Below, one piece after another: positions 49,700-60,063 of a stretch of DNA of 64,000 bases. The stretch comes from Klebsormidium nitens (Eukaryota > Plantae > Klebsormidiophyceae). The notes under the pieces are model-generated. The model saw only the letters and a list, made by a program, of their open reading frames with translations. It ran no database searches and was not told where the DNA came from. The first letter of the stretch is position 1. Every line of letters starts with the position of its first letter. The stretch covers positions 1 to 64,000 of the forward strand of contig DF237072.1 in NCBI GenBank assembly GCA_000708835.1. Reading direction: 5' to 3'. A program made the translations under genes and the position numbers.

Positions 49700-50850
49700 A
49701 TCGAAGAATCGTAAGATGAGGCTCTGCAAAAGCTCATCCATGCTTCCAGCGTTCAGGAAAACATTGTGGCCCTTGATTGAAGCACGCCATCTTAAGCTAG
49801 AGATGTGGCAGAGCTTTGCGGCTGGTCAATTGGCTCAAGAAAAAGCGGAGGCATCACTAGCTCCCTCAATCTTCTTCAACGGTGCTTCGGTGTTGAAGTT
49901 GGATACTCTTTCTGGAGCGGAGCTAGCTGGTAAATAAGCATACGCAAACTGATACCTCTCTCTTTTCAGTCGCTAATTTGACTTAATTCAGCTCTCAACT
50001 TCTGAGATCTGTCGGCACCTCCTTAGTTTTGTTGCTGTCAAAAGCTGCCAAAGGCTTGGATACTTCCTGTCTTCTACAACCTCTTGCAGAAGCCTTCACA
50101 TTCTGTCCTTGGCAAAGCCTAAGCTACCAACGCGCAAATTCTGATCAGTAATCTGCATCAGGTTGACATTAATCTACTGCATGAAAGCATTTGACGGAAG
50201 CAGCTGCCGGGCCTGATGCCAGCAACTTTTCTTTGATGGAGAGAGGGATTACAGGTTAGCATCAAAGCTGTGCTTCCCTAGTGGTCTCGAGAGGCAGTCG
50301 CTTTTGTCAGCGAAGCTAACACCCCGTCTCCTGCTATCCTAACAAACTTGCTTAACATTTTCTTGTGAGCTTTGTCAACAGTTGATCTTTGCTGTTAAAC
50401 CTCAACCAACTATATTTTGGAGACCACTTTTTCTGAAGCAGATTCATCCACAGTCCACCTGAAAGCATTGAGTTCAGGAGTTGCATCAGGGCCCTGCCAT
50501 TTGGTGTCAGTTCATAGCAAAACTCCAGTGTGCTAAAGGCCTGAATAAGTTGATCAGGGCTTTTCTTACTGCTTCTTCAAAGAGACGGTTGACTCTGTTT
50601 TAATCACAGAGTCCATTACGAAGCAAAATCTGACGAAAGAAAATTGCCACAGTCAGTTGTCAAAAAGTTTGGGCCCCCTTCTGTTCCTTGTGTATTGAAT
50701 TCCTCCCAAAGGTTCTATTCTTTTCCCCAATTTTGTATGTTCCTCTGTCTTTCTACACTTCACCATTGATGTGACTTAAGATGGATTCCAAAATCTTGGT
50801 AGCTTTTTCAGCTACAGATCACAGACATCTTAGATGATCAGATTTTACTG
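49700..50850 (-). pseudogene. CpG-poor decayed coding-like segment of unknown origin
   Basis: Exon-like pieces with splice signals and stops (AEKATKILESILSHING; ILLRNGLCD*NRVNRLFEEA; TVDKAHKKMLSKFVRIAGDGVLASL). No family recognised. Confidence 0.25.
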
Positions 50851-51195
50851 TGCAAGCCCCCTACGATGTTGGGTCGTATACTTTCAAATCAGCCACTCAT
50901 TGATCCCCTACTCCAGGTGACAAACAGCGATTAATCAAACTATGACCAGATTTGTTTGACATCGCTCCTTCTCTGCGCTTCAGAAGCCGCTTAGCAACAA
51001 CGTGCTCCAGTGTAATAGTGCGCAGACGTGACCTTAAGTGTGATCAGCATCTGCTTCTGCACCAGCTGATCTGTAAGGGAGCTTGAAAAGTTCAGATCAG
51101 TGCTGCAAGCAGACTCGAACTCGAACCACTCGCAGGTGACGACATCCCAAGCGTGTGACTTCCTCCCTACAAAGGTGTGAAAACTCTCAGGCGGC

Positions 51196-54100
51196 ATGGC
51201 AAGCGGGGGTCTGGCACGGGGCTTCCTTCTCAAGGGCGGGCGGCAGGGCGTATTCACAGCAGGGAGCAGCAAGCTGTCACAGGCTGCCCCTCGGACGTCC
51301 GACGTAACTGACGAGAACGAGAAAGCGTCCGAAGCTGAGTCGCTTCCCATCCAAGGCGGCCAGCCTTTTCGCTCTGGTGTGAATGCGCCCGGAGCAGGAG
51401 CGAAAATGCAGGCGGCCGGCGGGTTTCATACACCAGGAGTGCAACCAGGTGTGAATACGCCCGGGGCAGGTAGGGTAACTACGCCACAGGGAGGGGGTGA
51501 TTATAGATTCGGGACGGGGGGTGAGCGTAGACTCCAGGGAAGCGGGCTAGTGGAAGAATCTGGTGTGAAAGCGGTTGACGGGGATCTCAAAGTAACAAGT
51601 TCCGTATTGAAGGCAGGAACGAGTGCGCAATCTGGGCGTGCCAATCCACCTGCGAAAGCTGACTCTCCGGGAACAAAAAGTGAAGTTGCATTTCAAGGTC
51701 TGGCGAACGCAAGAGCGCAAGGGCTCCCAGATCCGAAGCTGGGTGTGAAGCTTAAGAGTGAGGATCCAGCGAAGGCAGCTGGATTGAAACAAGCGGTTGG
51801 AAACGAGGGGACCGCCTCTCGCCGTCCGTCAGTCCGGGAAGCAACAAGGTGGAGATCGGAGAAAGCGACTCTCAGACGAGAGACTCCTGTTAGAAGCACG
51901 TCCCTCCGAGAAGAGGGGCTTTCGGAAAAGTCCCCTCACGTCGACACAACTACCGGTACGGAAACGGTTGCTGGGGAAACGAAAGCCGGAGTTGGTGCGA
52001 GCGCGGCCGGAGGCGCGAAACCGCACACCGCAGAAGTGCCTACAAACGGTGGGAATTCTCACCAAGTCGTATGGTCTACAGCGCAACCGGGGGCGGGTGT
52101 TCTCGGTGGGAGCACAGTCTGCGAGATCGAGGAGGTGGTCGAATCGAGCGAGACGCAAAGCGGGGCGGAAACGGGGTTAAGGCAGCAAACCAGCCCTCGG
52201 CAAAAGACGCAAACCGGGTTAGGTCCGGAGGTTAGTCCCACAGTAGCCCCGGATCTTTTACAGGGGGGAACAGCTGAAACCGGGGGGTCCGATCGCCTGC
52301 GGTCAGGAGTCCCCTTCCGTGCCGCTTCCTTCCGCCGGATGTCCCAACAAAACCCCCCTCCTAAAACTCAGCCAAAGCTGCCCCCTGAAATGGTTTCGTT
52401 CCTGCTCGGCCCCTCCCCGGCGTTCTCTACCGGGTTGCAAACGACGAAAACCCCCCAGTCCAACCCCTTCGACCAAACACTCCCCGGATGGTCGGCTGAG
52501 CTCAGCCTGGCGTCAGCGGTGGCTCGTGATGACGTGGCAACCCGGTTTCTCAACCTCCCAGCAGCGGCGCTTCAGAGCGTGTTCTCAACGCTGCCGGCAA
52601 CGGCGATCGTCAATTGCCAGGTCGGTTTGGAAGCTTTCTTTTCCGATCAGGTCGGAGATGTTTCTTGTTTTAGTATTCTAGACAAAGTACTTTTGAGTAC
52701 GAATCCCCAGTATATTCACGGTCCGGGATCTCAAATAGTTGCAAACAATCTATGCAAAGGGGGTTTTGAAAGAGTGGCACGCGCCGATTCTGGACAATCC
52801 GCAATGTGGACATTCGTCGAACTCTATTCGAACAGCTTCAACTTTCTGCGTATAATCTGCTGAGCTGACTACAGGGTGTGATTTGAGAGTTTGGAGACAA
52901 CCAACTATCACGAACAATCCCTTTACACGCGGTTTTTAAGACGTGGCACGAACGATTTTCGGACGGGCCGAAGCGGTGGGCGTCTAGCATATTTGTCTCG
53001 GACACTTCGATTTTCTGCGCACAGATAACTTTCTGTCAACCAAGAGGAAGCCCGCGTCGAATCTCAGGATCTATCGGGTAACCATGTAAACACAAATCAC
53101 TCTTTGCAGGCGGTTTCCAAGACGTGGCGCGCCCGTTTTTCGGACGATCCGAAGCTGTGGGCGTCCGTAGACCTGTCTTCGGATGACCGGCTGAGAAATG
53201 CCGCTACGGACGATCTCCTTTTGGAGCTGCTGGGCCGGAGCCGGGACCGCTGGGGGACGTCATACCTGACGTCAGTCGACGTCACCGGCTGTAAGGTGAG
53301 CCGAACTTTATCTGCTTGTTCGATCTACTGGTCGTAGGCACCATTACATGAGTGTACACCGCCTACCCTTAGGTCGGAGCATTAAAAAAGGGTTCATTGC
53401 ACCCGGCCAGTACTCATATCCGGACATTATCGACGGTCTGAAAAACTCCTTACAAACTGGGTTAAAGTGGGCGTAGCAAGCGCGCTTGCATTTTCATCGA
53501 ACGGTGTATCGATTTGAGTGAAATGTATCGAACGGTCAGAGATCCCGTTCGTCATGAGAATTCGGCCAAGATTCGGACGGTTCGGACAGCGGACTAGGCA
53601 AATTTGGCCTCAGTGCGGACCGTCGACGGTCGGAGGCAGGCTGGAACCGGGCCCGTCCATAGGTATCGTACCACAGAGTACCGCGGTTCCATTTAGCTAC
53701 GTCAGCATACGTCACCGGCGGTAATGTCCAAAAAGGAAGGGGCAAAACAGAGCAAAATGTCAAAGTTGCCGGAATCGAACCTGCAGCTCTTTTCGGAGTC
53801 TTGACCTCAAGGCGAGCGCGCTTGCCACTAGGTCAAGCCAGCAAAATCTGGGAAACCCAGATGGAAAATTTGGTCGTGAACCAGGGGTTTTATACCCCGA
53901 CGCCCACTTTAAGCTACCTTCTGACAAATAAATGACGTCAGATACGACGTCCCCACGGTCTTTAACAAACCAGGCAATTCGAGAGCAAATAATGCCGGAT
54001 GAATTCTGCCGCAAAGTCGAAGTCGATCTTTTCTCATGCCCCAGCAAGCTAGTCAGACGGCCTCTCTTTGCTTCTGGTCACGGCTTTCCTACGAGCCGCT

Positions 54101-57100
54101 CGATCGTCTTCGTTTCCCACGTGTAGCTGCTTATCTTTGCACCTTGGAATGCTTTGAGTTTTGGTCCGATCGTCGCTGACACTCTCTTCCTCCTCGGTGG
54201 CAGAACGTGACGTCAGCGGGTGTCATGAGCGTGATGAAACATCGAGCCAGCCTTCGCCGCTTGCGAGCCCACGCCAGCGGCGCACAACTACCGACCTACT
54301 TCGTAAGCCGCAACCCAAACCTTGCACGCATTAGCCCTTACTTTCGGCGGATCAGCAGGGTTTCGCAGGTTTCCTTTTATTCTTCGTCGCGTCTACTCCA
54401 GCCTCTGTCTTTTCGATGCATGTTATCCGCCCTCAAATGATTGGCAAAGCTTCTTCCGCTTTGTTACTTTCTGTTGCGATCGTCATTCATTGCATCTGTT
54501 CCCAATTATCTACCATCGTAGTAGTTTTGAGGACTCTGCCTGCCGGAACTGACCGGCTCTCATCTGAGTTGGGCCTTTGTTGACCTGAATTCTCGGCAGA
54601 ACTTTACAACCACATGGAAGCCGACTGGAAAATTGTCGACGCAATGATCAAATTCAAGCTCGCGACGCACATGCAACTTGATGTTTAGTCTCAATATTTT
54701 CGGAGAAGCATTATTGTCCTTGGACCTGCTTCAACAATGACTGACAACTGTTTGGGCGTGTGGATTAGGCAGAAGCCCAAAAGAGCGCACACTTCGACGC
54801 GCAAACCGAACAGCCCCTTACCTACTCGAAACAAATATTTATGGCGGCGTTCACCGCAATCAGCCAACTAAGTGGTCAACCGTTGACCCTTTCCGGTTAA
54901 CTAAATGGTTGATTATGTTCAGGCTCGTTGGTTAGCGGAAACCGGAGTGGACGCCCACGTCGACGTGCATACGGCGCAGCCGACGCCGAGCGTCGGGTTT
55001 TGCAACGTGGCCTCCACCAACGCCACGTGGCAGGATCTCGTCCAAATGCTGGCAGGTCAGCGATCCGTCATGCTCCCGGATGTTATATGCAGAAGAATTC
55101 AAACAAGCAGGCTTCACACGGAATCTTGTAACCCTCATATTTGTTGAAAATTCTGTTCCTAGGCCTCTAGGCTCCTAGGCTTCTAGGCAAATCACATGCT
55201 TAGAGAACGGTTCAGGTTTCCGGGAAAGTCCACCTGGCTATTCAAAATTTAAGTGATTCATTCCAGAACCCGCGATCTGGCCGGATTATAAAGCTAGGTA
55301 ACGGACGTCTTTTGCAACGTCGCCGAACAAGAATTGGTGTCGCTGCGGCTTCACATTGGGTCTGTTCACACCTGGAGGGTGCCCGGCGCCGGCCCCTCCG
55401 TTTTCACGACCACGCGAGCCCATATCTCCACGCGTTTCCTGCGGCCAAAAAAGTGGAAGTACCAGCCCTGACGATCCAGATCGTCCTTCCTTTGAATCAC
55501 TTTTCCTTTCTTCTGCAGGCATGATTGTGTCCAGACGGTTTCCCCCGACCCCCGATCCTCAACAGCTCGTCTTGTTGATTCCGTTCTTGAACGCGCTATT
55601 TTCCGCACCAATCCCCACAGCATAGGGAAATTTCTTCGTAACCCCTTCAACCTCTTCCAGGTATGACACGTGTCCAGATCTGCGGCCTCGACCTCCGCCC
55701 GACACCCGTGCCCCTGCCGTCCGATCCCGCCATCCCCTTCTTACACGCGCTCTTCGCCGCCCCAAACCTCCAAACCCTGCGCGTCGGCTCCGCGTTCGGC
55801 GACCGCGAACTGCTGCGCGACATCGGAATCATTCTTGGCGAGCGCGTCAAGAGCGGCGCGAAGGGTTTGGAGGTTTTGGAGTTGGAAGGACTGAGAGGGA
55901 AGATGGTCGAAGGAACTTGGGAGGCGGTCTTTGGGCTGCTCGGAGGAGACGACTGTCGGATCAAACGACTGAGGTGAGGATACAATCATTCTGTGTCTTT
56001 ATGATGGGGGACGCACTTTCAGACAACGAGGGTAAACCGAAGGTTCTTGTGTTCTTGTGTCTTTAGACAGAGCTAGACTCCTATTCTCGATTATTCCGAA
56101 CGGCACTTTGTTCTGAATGAACGGACAAGTACAAGAACCCTGTCTTGCGCGATTTTTCTAGCTCTTAGGTCTGCATCGAAAGGAAGTTTCACAACCGTAG
56201 CTTTGACGCTCGCAGCAAGACGCTGCCCACCTTTCTCTTTCGCTTTATTGGAATATAAGTCAGAGGTCAAGGAGTCCAAAACGACGGCAGAATGTGTTGA
56301 ATAAATTGTACAGCTGGGTGTGTGAACTGAAGCAAAGCTGTGGACCAATGGAGTCACGATCGGTTCTCGTTAACGATTTCAGACTGCAACTGTGGCCGTC
56401 AAGGTGCTGCTGGCCCTTGCCAGTACCGGTTCCGTGACGTCCAGTATCATCAAAAGGTCCTCGAATGAGCGTCTGTTATTGCTGCAGCATCGAGCGCGAG
56501 GGCTGCAGGTTAGCCGGAGCCCGTTCGCAGATCTGTCAACATGCGTCCGAAAACCCTGAAGTCTCCTCCGACTCCTCTAGTCAAGCCACCTGTCCCATTC
56601 GTGCAGGATCAAGGCGGGAATATGCATATGAGGGAACCGCGGCCCTGTCCGCCGCTGTGTCCGGAAACGCGTCCGTTACGAAATGTTCAATCGCCTCCAT
56701 TAGTTCGCGCCACGTGTCTTATTGTGCAAATCAGAGGCTGCAACCTGGGTCGCGCCGCCCTCTCCGCAGCCCTTAAGAGTGCGTCCGTTGTCCACTTGAA
56801 GTTCTGTGTTCTTTGATTGTGCCACGTGTCCTTTTCGTGCAGCAACAACGGCTGCAATCTCAGCCGCGAAGGCGCTGCGGCGCTGTCCGCAGCTCTGTCC
56901 GAAAACGAGTCCATTATCTCCGTATCCACCTCCAGCTTTCTCAATCATGCCACGTGTCCTTCCGTGCAGCATTGAAAACAGCAATCGTGACCACGGCCCT
57001 GTCCGCAGCCCTATCCGTAACGCGTCCGTAAGTTCAGTATTGTCGTCCCACTTTTCTGATCGTGCCACGTGTCCTTTCGTGCAGCATCAACGGCTGCAAC

Positions 57101-58685
57101 CTCGGCCGCGAGGGCGCCGCTGCAATGTCCGCAGCTCTGTCCGACAACGCGTCCGTAACGGAGCTCGAGGTTTCGGACTGCGGCTTTGACACTCAGGGAT
57201 GGCGGTGGCTCGCCGAGGCCTTGCAGAAGAACTCCAGTGTCAAGAAGCTCACTCTGGGCGGGTGGGGCTGGAAGGAAGCCAAAGCGGAAACGGGGCCTCT
57301 TGGGGTGAGTTTTGAAAAGTCTTGAATCTGGCACGGCCAAGAATGTCAAGCCTTCTTGCGAGACGCGAGAGACGCTTCTGTCGTTGAATGCGGAAAATGC
57401 TCGCCGAATTACTTGTTTTCAGGTCGAAGGTTGGTCCCTCCGAAAGCTGGACCTCAGGAAAGACTGTCTCTGTCTTTTTTGAGCGAGACTTGAGATGCTC
57501 TCACAACTATCAGCCTCCAAAGTGGTTTTTCTTTCGAGGTTTTGTGCACTGTCAGCAACTTTGCTCCAGAGAGGGCTTTTCCCTCCTTGTAATGCAGTGC
57601 TCTTCCTAGCTTGTCTCCTAGTTCCTCGGCAAGAAAAGCGAAACAGTCCCGACGGGCGTCAAGCATAGTCTCGTAATATCCTCTGGTAGAGCTCCCGCTT
57701 TCTATTGAAGAAATCCCACCCAGCTTCTTCTCAACGGCGATGCATGGATTCAGTCACATCGGCGCCGCAATCAGCGCTGCTGTCGAATACATCTCTTGCC
57801 TGACGCTGGAAACAACTTTTAGGCCTTGTTTGCGACAAACTCACCCATTCTTCCTCGTGAAAGGAAGCACTCAATTGAAACAGGGCCCTCCTGGGCTTCT
57901 CTCCAACGACAACGGAACGGTCAAATCGGCGCCGCCGTCGCCCATAGCGCCTCTTCTAAAGAACTCCTATATTCACAATCAGGCCTTGTTTTGAGATAGA
58001 GTTACTCACTTCTTCCCATTAAATTGTCCGCTTTCTTTCAAACAGGGCCCTACCGGGCTTTTCTCCAACGACGACGGGATCGGTTACATCGGCGCCGCTA
58101 TTGCCCGCAGCGGCTTTCTCGAAGAGCTCCTTTGGATGACGCTATTAGTCACAATCAGGCCTTGTTTGAGAGATAGTTCGTAGTTACTCAAATCCTTTTT
58201 TGAATTGTCGGCTTTTCTCCAAACAGGGCCCTACCGTGCTTCTCTCCGATGACGACGGGATTGGTTACATCGGCGCCGCAATCGCGGGTAGCGCCTCTCT
58301 CAAAGAACTGCGCCTCCTTGCCTGGTGCGGCCCGTGCGTTCTGGACTCAACCGGGCGCGTCATTGACTTCAGCCCCGGCTTCGCAACGTTTCTAATTGAG
58401 CTCAGCTCCCTCGACCCGAGCGTCTCTCGGTTGAAGAGCGTTACCGTCGAGTTTGACGAAATGTGTGTGGAGGATAGGGGGCGTGCCGGGGCGGCGAGAA
58501 TTGCGGCAATGATTGGGGGAGTGGTCGGGAAGAAAGGGGTTCGAGTAACTATGGTATTGGGCGCTAGGGAAGATGGGAGAGGATTGAGTGATTGCATGAG
58601 AAAAGCTTTCGAGGGTGTGCGAATGAGGCCCAGCACTTACAACGGATTCCAGGCACAAAGCGGGGCATTATTTACTTGGTCATGA
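51196..58685 (+). CDS. F-box / RNI-like LRR protein with long disordered N-terminus
   Basis: Exons 51196-52620, 53110-53295, 54204-54302, 54923-55055, 55661-55973, 57085-57304, 58227-58685 join in phase. F-box: FLNLPAAALQSVFSTLPATAIVNCQAVSKTWR..FSDDPKLWASVDLS. RI-type LRRs: LSINGCNLGREGAAAMSAALSDNASVTELEVSDCGF, LAEALQKNSSVKKLTL, IGAAIAGSASLKELRL. Confidence 0.88.
53462..53912. mobile_element. Putative MITE (13-bp inverted ends including TTAA) in F-box gene intron 2
   Basis: TTAAAGTGGGCGT at 53462-53474 and its reverse complement ACGCCCACTTTAA at 53900-53912. Confidence 0.5.
53761..53842 (-). pseudogene. tRNA-like (Ser/Leu type, long variable arm) segment; SINE head or tRNA pseudogene
   Basis: GCTGGCTTGACCTAGTGGCAAGCGCG...CTTGA...CTCCGAAAAGAG..GCAGGTTCGATTCCGGC: A box, B box, variable-arm hairpin and T stem over 82 nt. 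The acceptor and anticodon stems do not pair. Confidence 0.5.
56370..57084 (+). repeat. About 6 acceptor-side echo copies of the LRR exon starting at 57085
   Basis: Units of the form CCACGTGTC..TTCGTGCAG.A..AACGGCTGCAA...CTGTCCGCAGC.CT.TCCG..AACGCGTCCGT at ~56380, 56480, 56595, 56710, 56820 and 56950. Confidence 0.9.
57715..58226 (+). repeat. 3 acceptor-side echo copies of the last F-box/LRR exon
   Basis: AAACAGGGCCCT.CC.GGCTT.TCTCCAACGAC.ACGG...ATCGGCGCCGC at ~57878 and ~58040, with a more decayed copy at ~57720. Confidence 0.9.
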
Positions 58686-60063
58686 AGGGGGTGAAGTTGA
58701 CTGGTCACGTCATCAAGGTTGCACGAATAATGTACATAGTGCGAACTAGCTAGCAAATTGGGATTCCTTCCTCGTTAAACAAGCCTTCTACTGAGTACAC
58801 GATCGAATCCGGGTAAGCTTTTCATAGCCTCGTGGATGCAGCTTCTCCAACTTACTGTGTGCCCGAGTTGCCCTAGCCTTAAGTTGCAAAGCACATGCAT
58901 GAGGTACCAAAGACGCATGGAAATGAAACTCAATTGAAGCGCAATCGTGCGACCAAGTTTTATTCCTATCTTGGGGTCGATCCGATCTCACTATTGTGCT
59001 GAACTTAGGGATGACGTACGTACTAACCATGCAGACCCGGCCGCCCCGTCCCGGAAATAACTTCAAATGTCACCAGCTTATGCCCTGTCATTGTGCAGTA
59101 CAATACTTCTCATCTGGACTCGGAAGCATGGCGGTCACGGTACATAAAGTGTCTCAATGCGCGATGGCCTAGCCGATGTTCCACGCCAATGGCACATGCA
59201 AATCGGTGCCTATCCCGATCGAATTGCACGGCAGACTCAGTCTGACCGTACTTCACACCAGCATGGCTGTTAAGCAAGTTTTTTAAGAATGCGATGACCG
59301 GACCCTACTTCCGACGTCTTAAGTTAACCTGATATTAGTACCTATCTAGCCTAGATCGAGTGACTGAAAACTGCCACTTGTAGTGGGAATGAAGCAGGCT
59401 ACGTTTACACGTGCACTAGTTTTCCAATCGGCCTGTACTACATAGCATTCGGCTTCTGGGGCCACAGACACCCCTGATGACCAGTGGCCAGCTAGAGCTG
59501 GTAGTAGCGAAGGATGCCGACCGTCCGATAGTGTGCAGTATGGCAGCCTTTCACATGCCCTTGACATGCAAACGACAAATCGTCAGCAAAAGTATAGTTG
59601 TCAATCCCGAGATAGTAGGGACGATTTTCACGAGAACTGGCGGGTACGTCAATTTAATAGGGAAAGTTCAACCCTAACAGATTCGCATACCCGCACCCTT
59701 AAAGGATTCAACGGGTATGGAATCGTAATAAACCGACGTCGATACGCATGACCAAGAGTATTTGCGTTCAATCGAATTGAAAGCAGGAGACGACGTAGGG
59801 ACAAGATTATATGCATTTGGTACGTACACCCATACGCCCGATGTACCCGCCTTAAAGGATGGAGTTGCGTTTATCACAGTTGCAAACACACGCGCAGAAG
59901 CACAATTCTTTGAATAGCACACCGAGGGCGAGACTTGCATGCATTGCTCTGTGCTCCACTTGAATTAAATAAATCCCTCCGTGTGCATCGACTAAACTAC
60001 AACCTAGACTCCCGCATCCAATTCTTTAGAATACATCTCCGTGTGCATCAACTAGAATACAAC

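Noticed and set aside
56370-57084. Regularly spaced repeats as a CRISPR array
   Set aside because: Eukaryotic intron; the repeats are degenerate copies of the neighbouring exon, with no cas genes.
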